The position numbers and the translations under genes were made by a program. From IMG/VR virus record IMGVR_UViG_3300008266_000002: DNA of 64,000 bases; one strand, 5' to 3'. The notes below the pieces were generated by a model. That model had not been told where the DNA came from. It saw only the letters and a list, made by a program, of their open reading frames with translations, and made no database searches. Numbering within the stretch: the stretch's first letter is position 1; the number at the start of each line of letters is the position of its first letter. The DNA comes from a virus. Below, in pieces: positions 46,297 through 57,990 of the stretch.

Positions 46297-47406
46297 ATGA
46301 TATTAAAATTCTATCCTACAAGAGACGCTACAATTTATGAACAGTATCCAAATAGAAATACTGGGTTGGATGCTATTCTAGAAATTAGCAAAAATATCAT
46401 TGCTACTGGTAGTGCTGCATCGGGTAGTTATAATTCTAGAGTCTTATTGGATTTTGATTATACGGCAATATCATCAAGTATTGTGAGCTTAGGATATAAT
46501 CCTAATAGCTTCAAGTATAATTTAAAAATGTATGTGGCAGAAGCGAAAGAGGTTCCTGTCAATTATACACTCTATGCATATCCAATTAGTGGTAGTTGGA
46601 ATATGGGAATTGGTCGCTATGGTAATATTCCACAAACAACTGCAGGAGTGAGTTGGAGATATAGAGAATCACTTGACGATCTAAACTCAGCATGGCCTAC
46701 TAGTTCACATGCAGCAACAGTCACAGCGTCATGGTCAACAACAGCAGGTGGTGGTACATGGTTTACATCAAGTGTAGCCAGCCAGTCCTTTAATTATACC
46801 ACATCCGATGTGGATATGGATATCACACCAATTGTTAATCTAGTGCAATCTGGGTCTATAAGCTTCAATGGTATTATAATTAAAAAATCAGATGCTGACG
46901 AGTCATCAACAAACGTATTCAATAGTCTTAAATTTTTTAGTAAGGATACCCATACCGTCTATCTACCAGTTATAGAAGCTAAATACGATGATAGTATATC
47001 AACTGCTACACTAACCCAAATTAATACAGAAGATGATTTTAACTTGGTGTTTACAAATTTAAAATCTTCTTATAGTGAGAGCTCAACACCAAAAATTCGC
47101 ATAGCACCAAGATATAGATATCCTACTCCAGTTTTTCAAACCTCGTCACTCTATCTAACATCATACAGACTACCAACTGGATCACAGTATGCTGTTTATA
47201 GTGCTCATAATGATGATATAATAATCAACTTTAGTGATTATACTAAGATTAGTGATGATGGAACAAGTAACTACGTGAAACTTCATTTGGATAGTTTTCA
47301 ACCTGAAAGATATTATAGAATGTTGATTAGAGTACCAAATTCTGGATCAGTGAATACTTATCAGGTATATGACGATAAATGGATTTTCAAAGTTACTAGA
47401 AGCTAA
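46297..47406 (+). CDS. putative virion structural protein
   Basis: DATIYE...NTGLDAILE; follows the baseplate genes. Confidence 0.6.
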   Translation: MILKFYPTRDATIYEQYPNRNTGLDAILEISKNIIATGSAASGSYNSRVLLDFDYTAISSSIVSLGYNPNSFKYNLKMYVAEAKEVPVNYTLYAYPISGSWNMGIGRYGNIPQTTAGVSWRYRESLDDLNSAWPTSSHAATVTASWSTTAGGGTWFTSSVASQSFNYTTSDVDMDITPIVNLVQSGSISFNGIIIKKSDADESSTNVFNSLKFFSKDTHTVYLPVIEAKYDDSISTATLTQINTEDDFNLVFTNLKSSYSESSTPKIRIAPRYRYPTPVFQTSSLYLTSYRLPTGSQYAVYSAHNDDIIINFSDYTKISDDGTSNYVKLHLDSFQPERYYRMLIRVPNSGSVNTYQVYDDKWIFKVTRS

Positions 47407-50400
47407 TGAGATTTCCCGATCAATCCTTAATAGGCGATTTAAACGACAACACAACACCAAGAATAACTACTGGTGTATTTCCGTCTATACCTACATCAAC
47501 AACAGACGAAAATGATACAGTTTATGATCTACTACCCGTAATCATAAATCGACCACCAGTCATTACTAAACCAATAACAGAAGCTTCAACACCACAGATA
47601 AAACCTTACTCAACTGCTAATGCAACTGGAGACTTTATGTACCTCTTTCCGGATGGTACAGTGAAAGTTAATATAGGTTCAACTTTTAAAATTGCTATTG
47701 AAGCCGAGCAACCAAATATACTAAATGTAGAAAATGGTATTTTAAAACTCATACCACCAAGCTCTAGTTTAACATTTATCTGGAGGAAAGATAGTGAAAT
47801 TTTAAACTCATCAACAAGCGACTCACTACAATCATCAGTAGTTGTGAGTGGTAGTGTAATTGAATTCAATAGTGTACAACCATCTTCTGCAGGAACATAC
47901 TTATGTGAAATTTCAAATGATATAGGTACAACAATAAGTGAGACAATTACCTTAGAAATACTTAATCTAGATTTTGATACGTTATTCTATAGAAATCTTG
48001 TTAAAAATCCAACAGGAGCTGATGGAGTAAACGAATGGAATGCAAATAATTCTGATTTTATATCGAAACCATTTTCAAAAATACCATCACAAGATTTTAT
48101 ACGACCTAATAGAGTAGATTTATTTGGATATACAATGGATATGATGCATCCAAGACCTTATCAAATTGATATGGGTGCTATTCAAAATTTTGATATGACT
48201 CAAACGTATCTCAATAATCCTTACTATTTTACTCGCACGAGATATAAATTTGATCGTAAGGGTGGTACATTCCAAGTAAGAGCATATCAAGATATTGACC
48301 TTACGGACATTATACCTTTGATAAAAGGAGGTATATATGGTGTCGAAGGTGTTAGGGCATTGTTTAGTTGCTACATTGGTAATGGTTTATCCCAATATAT
48401 TCCGGTAGAAGAATTAGTTGATCCAAGACGCAGATTAGATCCATTAAGCTACTATCAATCGTATGCAAGGTTAAGTTTAGTAAACTTCCTTACAGCAGGT
48501 CCTGCAGATAAAGTTGTAGAAAAAGCATATGTAACAATTGAAGAATTTGATAATGAAACGAGAGTGCCAACAACTCTGTTAGTTAGTAATCAAGGCGCCA
48601 CCCAAACATATAATTCACGTATTACTCTCTCAGATCCATGGCAAAAACGTATATACGACCCAGCTTTTCAAGTAAGCGTGTATCCTATCGATATATATGG
48701 ACTTCAAGAAACATCGCCAAACGACCCTAGAGACCTGATATTAAATGTAGCGAATAATTTGTATCCAGATCAGCGATATCGATACACATATGGACAGTAT
48801 GTGGAATTTAATAAACAAATTATTGAGAGACTTAATCCAAAGACAACTAAGGTTCGAATTTCGTTAAATTTTGATTCTACTGACTGGAGAATTTTTGAAA
48901 CGTATACGGACTTAGTAAATGATGCGGATGAAATTTTTGAAGTATTGAGTTGGGAGACACCGTACAAAAAAAATAAATTTAGTAAGCCACCACTTAGTCC
49001 AACATATAAACCAATATATCAACGTATAAAGGAGTATTCTGGAAGTCTAGATAAGACGCCTTCAGAATTTTTCCCTACTGCACAAGATCCACGAGTGATG
49101 GTGACTGGATTAAACTTGGCTCTATTACCAATATTAACACAACAAAACCAAGTCACAGACTATTATACTGGAATATCTTTAGTAAGAAATCTAACTCCGA
49201 CTTCATCGTTCCCTTCTGGATTAACTGGCACTCGAATATATGATCCATTAGGAACACTCTCAAAAGCATTAACGGTGACATTCAAATATTATAGTGAAGG
49301 AGTACCAACACTAGATAATCTAGGTTACTTACAAACACGAGATAGGATAGAGTTACGATTAAAATTATCAAGTCAGCCAGGATCACCAAATACACAAAAT
49401 GCATCGTCATTTGTAGACTATCAAATCACCAATGGCGCATTATTTCCATTTGTGCAAAACTCAGTTATTTCCTATGAAGGAGCTATAGAAAATGCTATTA
49501 CTCCAAACGATATACAATCATTTACACCATTTTTTGATTATGTTAGATATAGGTTATTAGATCCATATCAATCAGATAGAAATTCACGTACACCTAATTT
49601 TAGCACAACTGCAAATACTTTAGCTGATAATGGTTATGTAGTTTGGGGAATGAGTGGTAGCATATCACCATCACAATATCCAGAGATAGAAAGACCATGG
49701 ATAAATAAAGCAAGGTATATAATAACTTTTGGGATAGTAAATGCTTCCAATCCATCAACCCCTCCTGGTACACAAACAAGATTAACCACTAGTCAAATAG
49801 GAGGGTCTCAAAATGATACACAAGCCATCCAGTCGTATTATTTAGACTTTGATTTTACAAATCCAGCAGATACAAAGGTAACATTGGCTAGACCAGCTAG
49901 TTTTATTTCACAATCTATCAATGTAGGTAATTTATTTTCTACTTCCGTAGTAGCAGGATCTTCTGGTAGTAAGTATATTGGTAAGGGTACTACAACCAAT
50001 CCAATTGAATTAGAACACTCAATTGATCCATATGGTGTATTACAATCCACAATACCGGCTGAGTTTAAGTTTACCTCTATGAATAATGGTGGCTTTGGAT
50101 TGGGTGGCTATCAATATCAGTTTGAAGTTAGAGAAAGATCCCTTATTAAATTAATTACAGCTTTACATGTTAATCTTGGTAATTACACAAGAGTATCTTT
50201 ACGAGCTAATCGATACTATCAAAGTAGAGTTGAGCAAGCGTTATCTTTTTACGATAGTGAAATTCAATTTGCACAAAATAATCCAACTTTAAACGTATAT
50301 ACACTAAACGGGGTAACTGTTAATGACTTGCAAGATTTTCGTCAACAGTTGGTGGATTATGCATACGATATTCAAGAGGTGCCAAATCAAACTCAATATG

Positions 50401-50894
50401 CTACAATTCTAAGAATATTTGAAAATAATCAAGCAGGTATATCTAGATTCTCCATTAACATTTTCAATCCAGCTTTCTACCCGTCACAGGCTGATTTAAG
50501 TAATCCACAAACACAACTTCGTGTTATTGATCAATATATTCGAGATACGGTTGGAGGATCATTAGGAACTCCTCAATATCAAACTCTCAATTCTAGAATA
50601 TTCAACGACGCACAAGTTACTGATTATACTAATACAACTTTAGGATTGCAGATTGCAGGCGGTACTGTATTTCCATCAAACTTAAATTTATTTAGAGAAG
50701 TACCACCACATCTCTTGAATATGAGGACATCAATACAAAAAATCGAATTATTATCAATTAGACCCTCAGATATTAACTTTGGTCCTGGATCTCCAGCTGC
50801 TGGTTCTACAGCGGATGGTACAAATTATAAAATATATTATACACCACTACAAGACACAAACGAAGGTAATTATATTCCAAGTTCACAAGACTAG
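47406..50894 (+). CDS. Ig-domain virion protein (tail/baseplate appendage)
   Basis: FIWRKD...AGTYLCEISN Ig motif followed by NLVKNP. Confidence 0.65.
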   Translation: MRFPDQSLIGDLNDNTTPRITTGVFPSIPTSTTDENDTVYDLLPVIINRPPVITKPITEASTPQIKPYSTANATGDFMYLFPDGTVKVNIGSTFKIAIEAEQPNILNVENGILKLIPPSSSLTFIWRKDSEILNSSTSDSLQSSVVVSGSVIEFNSVQPSSAGTYLCEISNDIGTTISETITLEILNLDFDTLFYRNLVKNPTGADGVNEWNANNSDFISKPFSKIPSQDFIRPNRVDLFGYTMDMMHPRPYQIDMGAIQNFDMTQTYLNNPYYFTRTRYKFDRKGGTFQVRAYQDIDLTDIIPLIKGGIYGVEGVRALFSCYIGNGLSQYIPVEELVDPRRRLDPLSYYQSYARLSLVNFLTAGPADKVVEKAYVTIEEFDNETRVPTTLLVSNQGATQTYNSRITLSDPWQKRIYDPAFQVSVYPIDIYGLQETSPNDPRDLILNVANNLYPDQRYRYTYGQYVEFNKQIIERLNPKTTKVRISLNFDSTDWRIFETYTDLVNDADEIFEVLSWETPYKKNKFSKPPLSPTYKPIYQRIKEYSGSLDKTPSEFFPTAQDPRVMVTGLNLALLPILTQQNQVTDYYTGISLVRNLTPTSSFPSGLTGTRIYDPLGTLSKALTVTFKYYSEGVPTLDNLGYLQTRDRIELRLKLSSQPGSPNTQNASSFVDYQITNGALFPFVQNSVISYEGAIENAITPNDIQSFTPFFDYVRYRLLDPYQSDRNSRTPNFSTTANTLADNGYVVWGMSGSISPSQYPEIERPWINKARYIITFGIVNASNPSTPPGTQTRLTTSQIGGSQNDTQAIQSYYLDFDFTNPADTKVTLARPASFISQSINVGNLFSTSVVAGSSGSKYIGKGTTTNPIELEHSIDPYGVLQSTIPAEFKFTSMNNGGFGLGGYQYQFEVRERSLIKLITALHVNLGNYTRVSLRANRYYQSRVEQALSFYDSEIQFAQNNPTLNVYTLNGVTVNDLQDFRQQLVDYAYDIQEVPNQTQYATILRIFENNQAGISRFSINIFNPAFYPSQADLSNPQTQLRVIDQYIRDTVGGSLGTPQYQTLNSRIFNDAQVTDYTNTTLGLQIAGGTVFPSNLNLFREVPPHLLNMRTSIQKIELLSIRPSDINFGPGSPAAGSTADGTNYKIYYTPLQDTNEGNYIPSSQD

Positions 50895-50908
50895 TATATT
50901 TAAAATAA

Positions 50909-53398
50909 ATGGCACGTAGAAGTATACGATTATCATCATCCGCACAGGATACAGCTATAAGAGCAGGAGAGTTTCAATTACTACCATCTCCTCCTGCCCT
51001 ACCATTTATTGCATCACAACCAATTAATAACTTTGTTCAGTATAGTTGGATTATAGGTTTTGATAATGGATTACCATTATATCAAGAAATCAAACCAAAG
51101 TTTAATGTTGTTCGTGCATTACAAAATACTGCGTTTAGCTTTGAGGTAAGGGTGACAGATCCATCTAATGTTAACGACCGTAACAGTTTAGATAATATAT
51201 CATTTGTATGGAAAAAAGATGGTGCTACGGTTTATTCTCTAAACAGATTAAATGGGGGAGTTGGAGTATCTGGATTGTCAGTGTCACAGCAAAATAGTAG
51301 ACCAGATCTTAGTGGTGTTTATACTTGTGAAGTTTCAAATAATTTTGGAACCACTACTACTCAACCGCTAGAGTTAGAAATTGTAGATCCTCTGCAACAT
51401 CCAAAAATGTTTAAGAATCTTATCTTAAATGGAGATGGTGAGGGTGGTTTAGATAACTGGATAGGAGATGGTCAGATTGTTGTAGACACCTTCCAAATGG
51501 ATATTACAACTAGTCGAAAATTTGGTAGTTTCAATTTAGGTAGGTTTAATACAGCAGATTATAACGAAGCTTTTCAAGAAGCTGTATTACCGCAATTCCG
51601 GTTTAGCGCAGCTGGACAACAAGGGGCTTTTTACTTGTGGTATCGAGAGAGATCTAGATTAGAAGGCACTAATTTTACTGATATAAACACCAAATCAATT
51701 CCAAATACATCTTTTCCAGAATGGGTAGCCTATAATACACAACCGCATCTAGTACCAAACGAGGATTTTTATGCAAATGGAGGTCCGTATGATATTCAAA
51801 ATAAACTACCAGCAGCCTTTTTTCCAGGTGTTAGATGGATGGATTTATATAACCAAAATACTGGATCGGCTTTAATAGGTCTTCGAGCAGAGATTGAAAA
51901 TCAGACTCCAAACTATTTTACGAGAAGAAAAATTAAATTTGAAAAATTTGGTGGTAGAGAAATAACGTCAATGAATCAAACAATCGATTTGAATGATGTT
52001 GCTGATTACGTTGATGGTTATGTGTATGGAGTAAAGTATATGACATCTCAATTCTTTGCTTATGTTGGAATTGGTATTACCGATTATAAAATAAAGTGCC
52101 AAACAACCGAAGGTGAAAAAACCTTCAATTATTTTATAAAAGATAGTGAAGAGGTGTATGATAGCATTGTGAGAAAAAGTAATGAGTACTTTCCTGATGT
52201 ACGAGCTGAACAGCGAGGAGATTCAAAATACACACTTTTACCAAATACCGATATTGAAATCATACCTCAATGTAACGACTTAACAAATATAACAATTTCA
52301 TATCTTGATTCTCTTAGTAAAACACTAAAAGAAGAGGTTATTCCAGGACCTACTGTTGAGGATATTTGGGCATTAAAGGAAAAGGTTTATTTTGTATTAA
52401 CATTATATGCTGTTTATGAATACCTTATTCCAAACGGAAATAATGCAATAAAAGTATTTGGACAGAAGTTTACAGACACAAATGCAATGCAAGCGTTCTT
52501 TGCAGCTGGATCCGGATTATTTGGAAGAGAGTATTATAGAACACAAAATGCTTTACCAGCAAATTTAACAGACGTTACTGCAAAACATTTTTTAAACAAA
52601 TATAGATACACACCAATTACTGGAAGTGATGATGATTGGCGAAAAGGAACTGTATATCCAGGTTATATATGGTATGGAGAAAAGTCCCGTTCAGATGCAG
52701 TTCCGCCAGTAAACAATCCGTATTGGTATTACAAAGCTTTGCCTGATTACGGAGGAGCTGCAATGATTGGGGTAGGAAAGGATATCATCATACCATCACA
52801 AACACGATCTGTTAGAATAAAAGTTGATTTTATTCATACGTCCCAAGTCATAAAGGATGTTGATAGTAGATTAAAGGGTTGGACAAGTCAAGAAATATAC
52901 AGCGATATATATGGCAATACATCAAACACTAGTGCAAGAGTAGTTGAATATGGTAATCCTAGATGTGGAATAACTAAGATGAAGTTTATTCTAGCTCCAA
53001 ATAATATACAGATATCGGATCAGTATGTTACTTATAATATACCACCATTAGCATCAACTGTATTAGGATGGCAAAAAGCTAGACTGCAATTGCGTGATGA
53101 ATTTAACACTGCTAATCAACAATCCTTTAGATATACACTTGTGAATCCATATATAAGTGTTCCACAACCGCCTCAAGTGGCAAGTCCATTCCTATCTTTA
53201 CAGGATCTATCAGCGTATGAAGCACAGCAACAAAACCTACTTAACCAAGCTAACGTAGATGTACCACCTGATGCACAAGAGACACTAAATATGCCAGGAA
53301 ATAATACAATCACAGAAACCGAAGATAGAAGCTTTGTTGCAGGAGAATTAAACAATTCGCTAGGAATAACAAGCCAGCAGGCAGAGAGATATCAATAA
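50909..53398 (+). CDS. Ig-domain virion protein, paralogue of the upstream gene
   Basis: FVWKKDG...SGVYTCEVSN; NLILNGDG. Confidence 0.65.
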   Translation: MARRSIRLSSSAQDTAIRAGEFQLLPSPPALPFIASQPINNFVQYSWIIGFDNGLPLYQEIKPKFNVVRALQNTAFSFEVRVTDPSNVNDRNSLDNISFVWKKDGATVYSLNRLNGGVGVSGLSVSQQNSRPDLSGVYTCEVSNNFGTTTTQPLELEIVDPLQHPKMFKNLILNGDGEGGLDNWIGDGQIVVDTFQMDITTSRKFGSFNLGRFNTADYNEAFQEAVLPQFRFSAAGQQGAFYLWYRERSRLEGTNFTDINTKSIPNTSFPEWVAYNTQPHLVPNEDFYANGGPYDIQNKLPAAFFPGVRWMDLYNQNTGSALIGLRAEIENQTPNYFTRRKIKFEKFGGREITSMNQTIDLNDVADYVDGYVYGVKYMTSQFFAYVGIGITDYKIKCQTTEGEKTFNYFIKDSEEVYDSIVRKSNEYFPDVRAEQRGDSKYTLLPNTDIEIIPQCNDLTNITISYLDSLSKTLKEEVIPGPTVEDIWALKEKVYFVLTLYAVYEYLIPNGNNAIKVFGQKFTDTNAMQAFFAAGSGLFGREYYRTQNALPANLTDVTAKHFLNKYRYTPITGSDDDWRKGTVYPGYIWYGEKSRSDAVPPVNNPYWYYKALPDYGGAAMIGVGKDIIIPSQTRSVRIKVDFIHTSQVIKDVDSRLKGWTSQEIYSDIYGNTSNTSARVVEYGNPRCGITKMKFILAPNNIQISDQYVTYNIPPLASTVLGWQKARLQLRDEFNTANQQSFRYTLVNPYISVPQPPQVASPFLSLQDLSAYEAQQQNLLNQANVDVPPDAQETLNMPGNNTITETEDRSFVAGELNNSLGITSQQAERYQ

Positions 53399-53431
53399 GA
53401 AGTTTTTTTAATATATTTATATTAAAAATAG

Positions 53432-56400
53432 GTGCCTAATAGAAATATACTTAACGTCAATAACACAAACCTTAGTAATGGACCACAAAGTACATTACCG
53501 GAAGCTGTTGAGAGAGGTGCTACTACTGGCATAGTACGAGAGACACTACAAACAGTGTTAACTCAAGCAACCCAGCAATCACTCGTTACCCCATGGGGAT
53601 TATATAACAACACGATTGCTAACTATCCAAATGATGTAGTTCGTTTGGATGTAATTAATGCCAATAATCAATATCTTGAATCTAACTACAGAGTAACTAC
53701 TTTTGAACAAGTCTTAACGAGAGTTACTGTAGATCCAGAAAGAGACCTTTTTAACTTAGGTTATATTTCCGGAAAATATAGAGTTGTTTATAAATTTCAC
53801 AGAAACTACCTTGGATCAGGTGATGGCCATAAATTACAAATTCAAGAAATTAGTGCAGATGGTCTTGAAATAAGAGTTATACCTGCTGTTTCTACAACAC
53901 TTGATAATACTAGTTTTTTACAAAACTTTGGAGAAAGCTTTTTTGCAATTCCTAAATCGCAAGTGTTATCTAATCTTGTTTTGTTTAAGGATGCAAATAC
54001 TGCAATGCGAGTATTTGATTATGTACAAGATAAGTTTACTTTTCCAACAACTCCATATAGCATAATTTTTAAGTTATCTGCACCAGCACCTGATGGAGTT
54101 ATACTGGGGGACTTTTTATGGTTAGCACAGCAAGTAAGTGATGATCTAGTTGATACTATAACCATAGTACCACCAAAAAGAAGAGCAAGAACAAGAGCAA
54201 TTGCAGGACCAAACTGGGATGCTATAAACAAAGAGCAAACTGCATTTGCAACACAGTATAGAGATTGGGAAGACTTACTATCAACCAACACACAAACATC
54301 ACAAGACATTGTAAACTCACTATTGAGTAGTTCTTTCTTAGAAGGTGTCCCATTAAACATAGATTATAAAGAGTTTAAGAATTTTATCAACTTTAGCTCA
54401 GCATATGAGCGATTGTTGAATTTTAAATACAAGATGCAATTGTTAGAGGGTTATAATGCACGTATTGCAACTCTAACGACAAACTTAAATGGGTTACCAA
54501 GTAGTAGTGTTTCTAGTAGTGTCTATTTTCTAAATAATGTAAATGACGCTACAACAAAAAAAGCAGCACTTATAGGATCGCTGGATGGATATGAGAAATA
54601 TCTCTACTATGAATCTAGTAGTTATGTGACAAATAGCTTTGGTGAGTTCTATCCATCAACTTGGCCAAAATCAACATCCACATTACCATACGTTAATTAC
54701 TCGTATACATCATCGCAAGTAGAAACTTGGTTTGATGGAATATTGACATCTGCAAGTTTGTATGACCAAAATAATGAGAAGGCTTTATACAAGCTGATCC
54801 CAGCACACGTACAAGAAAACGACGCAAATGAAGGATATGTGCTCTTCACACATATGATTGGACACTACTTCGATTTGGTGTTTGCTTATGTGAAAGCAAT
54901 GAGTGATATTAATAATAGAGATCAGTCATTACTTGAAGGATTTAGTAAAGAGCTTGTGTTTCATGTTGCACAAAACTTAGGTGTTGATTTTGAAAATGGT
55001 ACGTCCTTAGAGGAATTATGGAATTATGCATTGGGGACTGATGTGACTGGATCGCTTTCATCAACATATGGAATAACAACTCAAGACAAAACACGAGAGA
55101 CTTGGAAACGTATTATTAATAATCTTCCATATCTACTGAAAACAAAAGGAACGGAGCGTGGTGTTCGAGCATTAATTAATTGCTTTGGTATTCCACAAAC
55201 AATATTACGTATTCGTGAATTTGGAGGTGCAGAACCAGACTTTGATACAAAGACTGATTATGTACATGAAAGGTTTTTCTATGCAACTAGAGTAGGGCGA
55301 ATAACAGGATCAGCATTTCAATATCTATCTACACCATGGGAAAGTTTACCACAAAATTCTCTTAAACCAATGACCATTGAGGTAAGAGCTAAGATGGCTA
55401 AAAACCAGACTGGTGATAAAGTGTTAATGGGAGTAAAAGATCAGTGGTTAATTAAAGCATTTCAAAGCGGTAGTGGTGATCATTTAGGATTTTTTCTAAA
55501 ACAGAGTGGTAGTAGTGTGTGGGTAACTTCAAGTTTTAGTTGCTCAGTGTATGATGGTAACTGGTACCATATTGCATTACAAAGAGAAAATAAAACTGAT
55601 GTAGCAACTCAGAATCAAGTTTATAAGTTGGTTGCAAAGCGTGTTAACTACGAAAAGGTAGTAGCTACCTACTCAGCATCGTTCACAGTTACGGGATCGA
55701 CACCTGCAGGTGTTGCATATAATAGAAGCTTTTTGAGTGGATCATCTCATAATGCTGGTATAAGATTAGTAACAACCGATCCAACGGGTTTTCCAACAAC
55801 TTTCTATCCAAGTTCATCATGGACAGGTAGCATTCAAGAAATAAAGTTCTGGTCAGAGACGCTGAATAATAGCATATTAGACAATCATGCTCTAGCACCT
55901 ACAAGCTTCCAAGGTAATACAGATGGTGTTTTTACTGGAAGTACTTCTAGCTTCTATACCTTAGGTGCCAGATTTACTTTAGGAAGTGATAACATAAGAC
56001 AAAACTATAATATATCGTCTAGCATACAATCAAGACATCCTGATCAAAGTAAGCGCTTATACACTGGTAGTTTTCCAATCAGTGCATCTATTTTGCAAAG
56101 TGGTAGTTTATCAAATTATAGTGGAAGTTTGTCGTTGTTCTTTGAGCCAGTAACAGAAATACACTCTTTAGAATGGCCAGATCTTGGAGCAAATAGAAGT
56201 ATAAGTAATAAAATACGTATTGATGAGACCTTCTTAGCGGGACAAAACCAATTACGTAGAGATAGTAGTGTAGTACGATCATCAACAGATAATTATCCAC
56301 CAGAGAGTTCAAGATTGGGTATTTACCTATCCCCAACAAACGAAGTCAATCAGGACATCGCTGAGCAGTTTGGTGGTATTAGTATTGATGATTATATTGG

Positions 56401-57949
56401 AGATCCATCAGCGTTATCACTAGATCATTATCCAGACCTGCATGAGCTCCAATATGAATACTTTAAAAAATTCACAACTGGAAGAAGAACACCTCAAAAT
56501 TATATAAGGTTATTAAGACACTACGATTCAGCACTATTCAAGTTAATTAAGAAGTTTGTACCATATCGTGCAAACACTCAAGTTGGTCTAGTTATTGAAC
56601 CACACCTATTAACAAGAGCTAAGTTACCAGTCAAGTTACCAACTTTTGAGGATTTACAATATTCATCGTCTATAGATTTAAGACCTGCTATGGAATATAT
56701 TATGCCAGGTGGGTTTGTTCAAGATGGAGATGGTGAGCCTTTCAGAAATGGACCAGATTACGTTGATGAGGGGGTGGTTAATGCAACCTATTTGATTGGC
56801 ATCCAAAGCGAACCACAGCAAATCATACAACCAACGCAAGATACTAGCGTAAACATAAACATTACACCAACTATTCCAACACAATCATATAATATGGTTG
56901 TGATAGATGGTACTGCATTAAATGGTAGCGCTACCTCTTTATTAGATAGTTACGCTAACGAATTTAACAGAACGGGCATTGACGATAATCCATCAACTAG
57001 TGGTAGCATGGCTGCTCAACTGGATTTAGGCATAACAGCATACGGTAGGGATGTGAGAGTTGATGGATCTCAATATATATTCTACAGCTACTATCAAAGC
57101 GGTAGTCAATGGTTAGGTTATACTAGTAGCCGTTATGATTATCACGAAGCTATCAATCCAGTTATCTTAGATAATTCCAGAAGCGCTATTAGTAATAATG
57201 GATTGTCAACATACGATAGTGATATTTTCTTTAATAAAGCGTTTGCAAATTATTTTACGGCATCATACGATGTTGCTTTAACTGGGTCTGGTGTTATAGG
57301 TGATCCATGGTTAGAATATTATGGATTAAGATTGCTTACATCTAGTTATACTAACGCTTACTGGAAAATGTCAAATACAAATGGACTGATGTTATACTGG
57401 ACAGGAAGTGGTATAGCTGGTTCTGCTCTACAACAGAGAGCATTACTTAATGCATTCTTTTACGATGTTGACGAACCATGGACACAAAACTTACTATATG
57501 AAGTGAAGGTGGTTGCAAAACGAGATTCTACTACAATGGAGGCTGACTCGTATTTTAAACTTGCGTTCGGAGGATTATCATTATCATCTACAGAAGATTT
57601 ATCAAGTATAGGCACCACTTACCAAACTTATACGTATACGGTACAACCAAACGGACCACATCTAATAATAAGTGGTGGAATAGATTCATCTTTATCGAGT
57701 AATTTTTACGCAATAAAAAATTTATCAATTAAGTGCTTAAACTATAGAGCGCAAATACAAGATTTTCATTTGCATGATAGTTATGGTATGAGGAATGCTC
57801 GATACGATGGATGCAAGCTTACTTCGGCAGATTGGAATGTACCAAGTACAGACACAGTTGATAATGGCCCAGTAGTTGAAGTAACAATAGGAGGTGGATT
57901 ACAAGTAAATGTTAGTCCAAATTCAGGAGGAAATTTACAAGTATTATAA
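53432..57949 (+). CDS. large baseplate/tail protein with LamG-like domain
   Basis: 1505 aa, GTG start; LLKTKGTERG..ALINCFGI; DGNWYHIAL...GSIQEIKFW. Confidence 0.65.
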   Translation: MPNRNILNVNNTNLSNGPQSTLPEAVERGATTGIVRETLQTVLTQATQQSLVTPWGLYNNTIANYPNDVVRLDVINANNQYLESNYRVTTFEQVLTRVTVDPERDLFNLGYISGKYRVVYKFHRNYLGSGDGHKLQIQEISADGLEIRVIPAVSTTLDNTSFLQNFGESFFAIPKSQVLSNLVLFKDANTAMRVFDYVQDKFTFPTTPYSIIFKLSAPAPDGVILGDFLWLAQQVSDDLVDTITIVPPKRRARTRAIAGPNWDAINKEQTAFATQYRDWEDLLSTNTQTSQDIVNSLLSSSFLEGVPLNIDYKEFKNFINFSSAYERLLNFKYKMQLLEGYNARIATLTTNLNGLPSSSVSSSVYFLNNVNDATTKKAALIGSLDGYEKYLYYESSSYVTNSFGEFYPSTWPKSTSTLPYVNYSYTSSQVETWFDGILTSASLYDQNNEKALYKLIPAHVQENDANEGYVLFTHMIGHYFDLVFAYVKAMSDINNRDQSLLEGFSKELVFHVAQNLGVDFENGTSLEELWNYALGTDVTGSLSSTYGITTQDKTRETWKRIINNLPYLLKTKGTERGVRALINCFGIPQTILRIREFGGAEPDFDTKTDYVHERFFYATRVGRITGSAFQYLSTPWESLPQNSLKPMTIEVRAKMAKNQTGDKVLMGVKDQWLIKAFQSGSGDHLGFFLKQSGSSVWVTSSFSCSVYDGNWYHIALQRENKTDVATQNQVYKLVAKRVNYEKVVATYSASFTVTGSTPAGVAYNRSFLSGSSHNAGIRLVTTDPTGFPTTFYPSSSWTGSIQEIKFWSETLNNSILDNHALAPTSFQGNTDGVFTGSTSSFYTLGARFTLGSDNIRQNYNISSSIQSRHPDQSKRLYTGSFPISASILQSGSLSNYSGSLSLFFEPVTEIHSLEWPDLGANRSISNKIRIDETFLAGQNQLRRDSSVVRSSTDNYPPESSRLGIYLSPTNEVNQDIAEQFGGISIDDYIGDPSALSLDHYPDLHELQYEYFKKFTTGRRTPQNYIRLLRHYDSALFKLIKKFVPYRANTQVGLVIEPHLLTRAKLPVKLPTFEDLQYSSSIDLRPAMEYIMPGGFVQDGDGEPFRNGPDYVDEGVVNATYLIGIQSEPQQIIQPTQDTSVNINITPTIPTQSYNMVVIDGTALNGSATSLLDSYANEFNRTGIDDNPSTSGSMAAQLDLGITAYGRDVRVDGSQYIFYSYYQSGSQWLGYTSSRYDYHEAINPVILDNSRSAISNNGLSTYDSDIFFNKAFANYFTASYDVALTGSGVIGDPWLEYYGLRLLTSSYTNAYWKMSNTNGLMLYWTGSGIAGSALQQRALLNAFFYDVDEPWTQNLLYEVKVVAKRDSTTMEADSYFKLAFGGLSLSSTEDLSSIGTTYQTYTYTVQPNGPHLIISGGIDSSLSSNFYAIKNLSIKCLNYRAQIQDFHLHDSYGMRNARYDGCKLTSADWNVPSTDTVDNGPVVEVTIGGGLQVNVSPNSGGNLQVL

Positions 57950-57990
57950 TATTTACTAAACACGATATATTTATATAAAACAATCAATCC

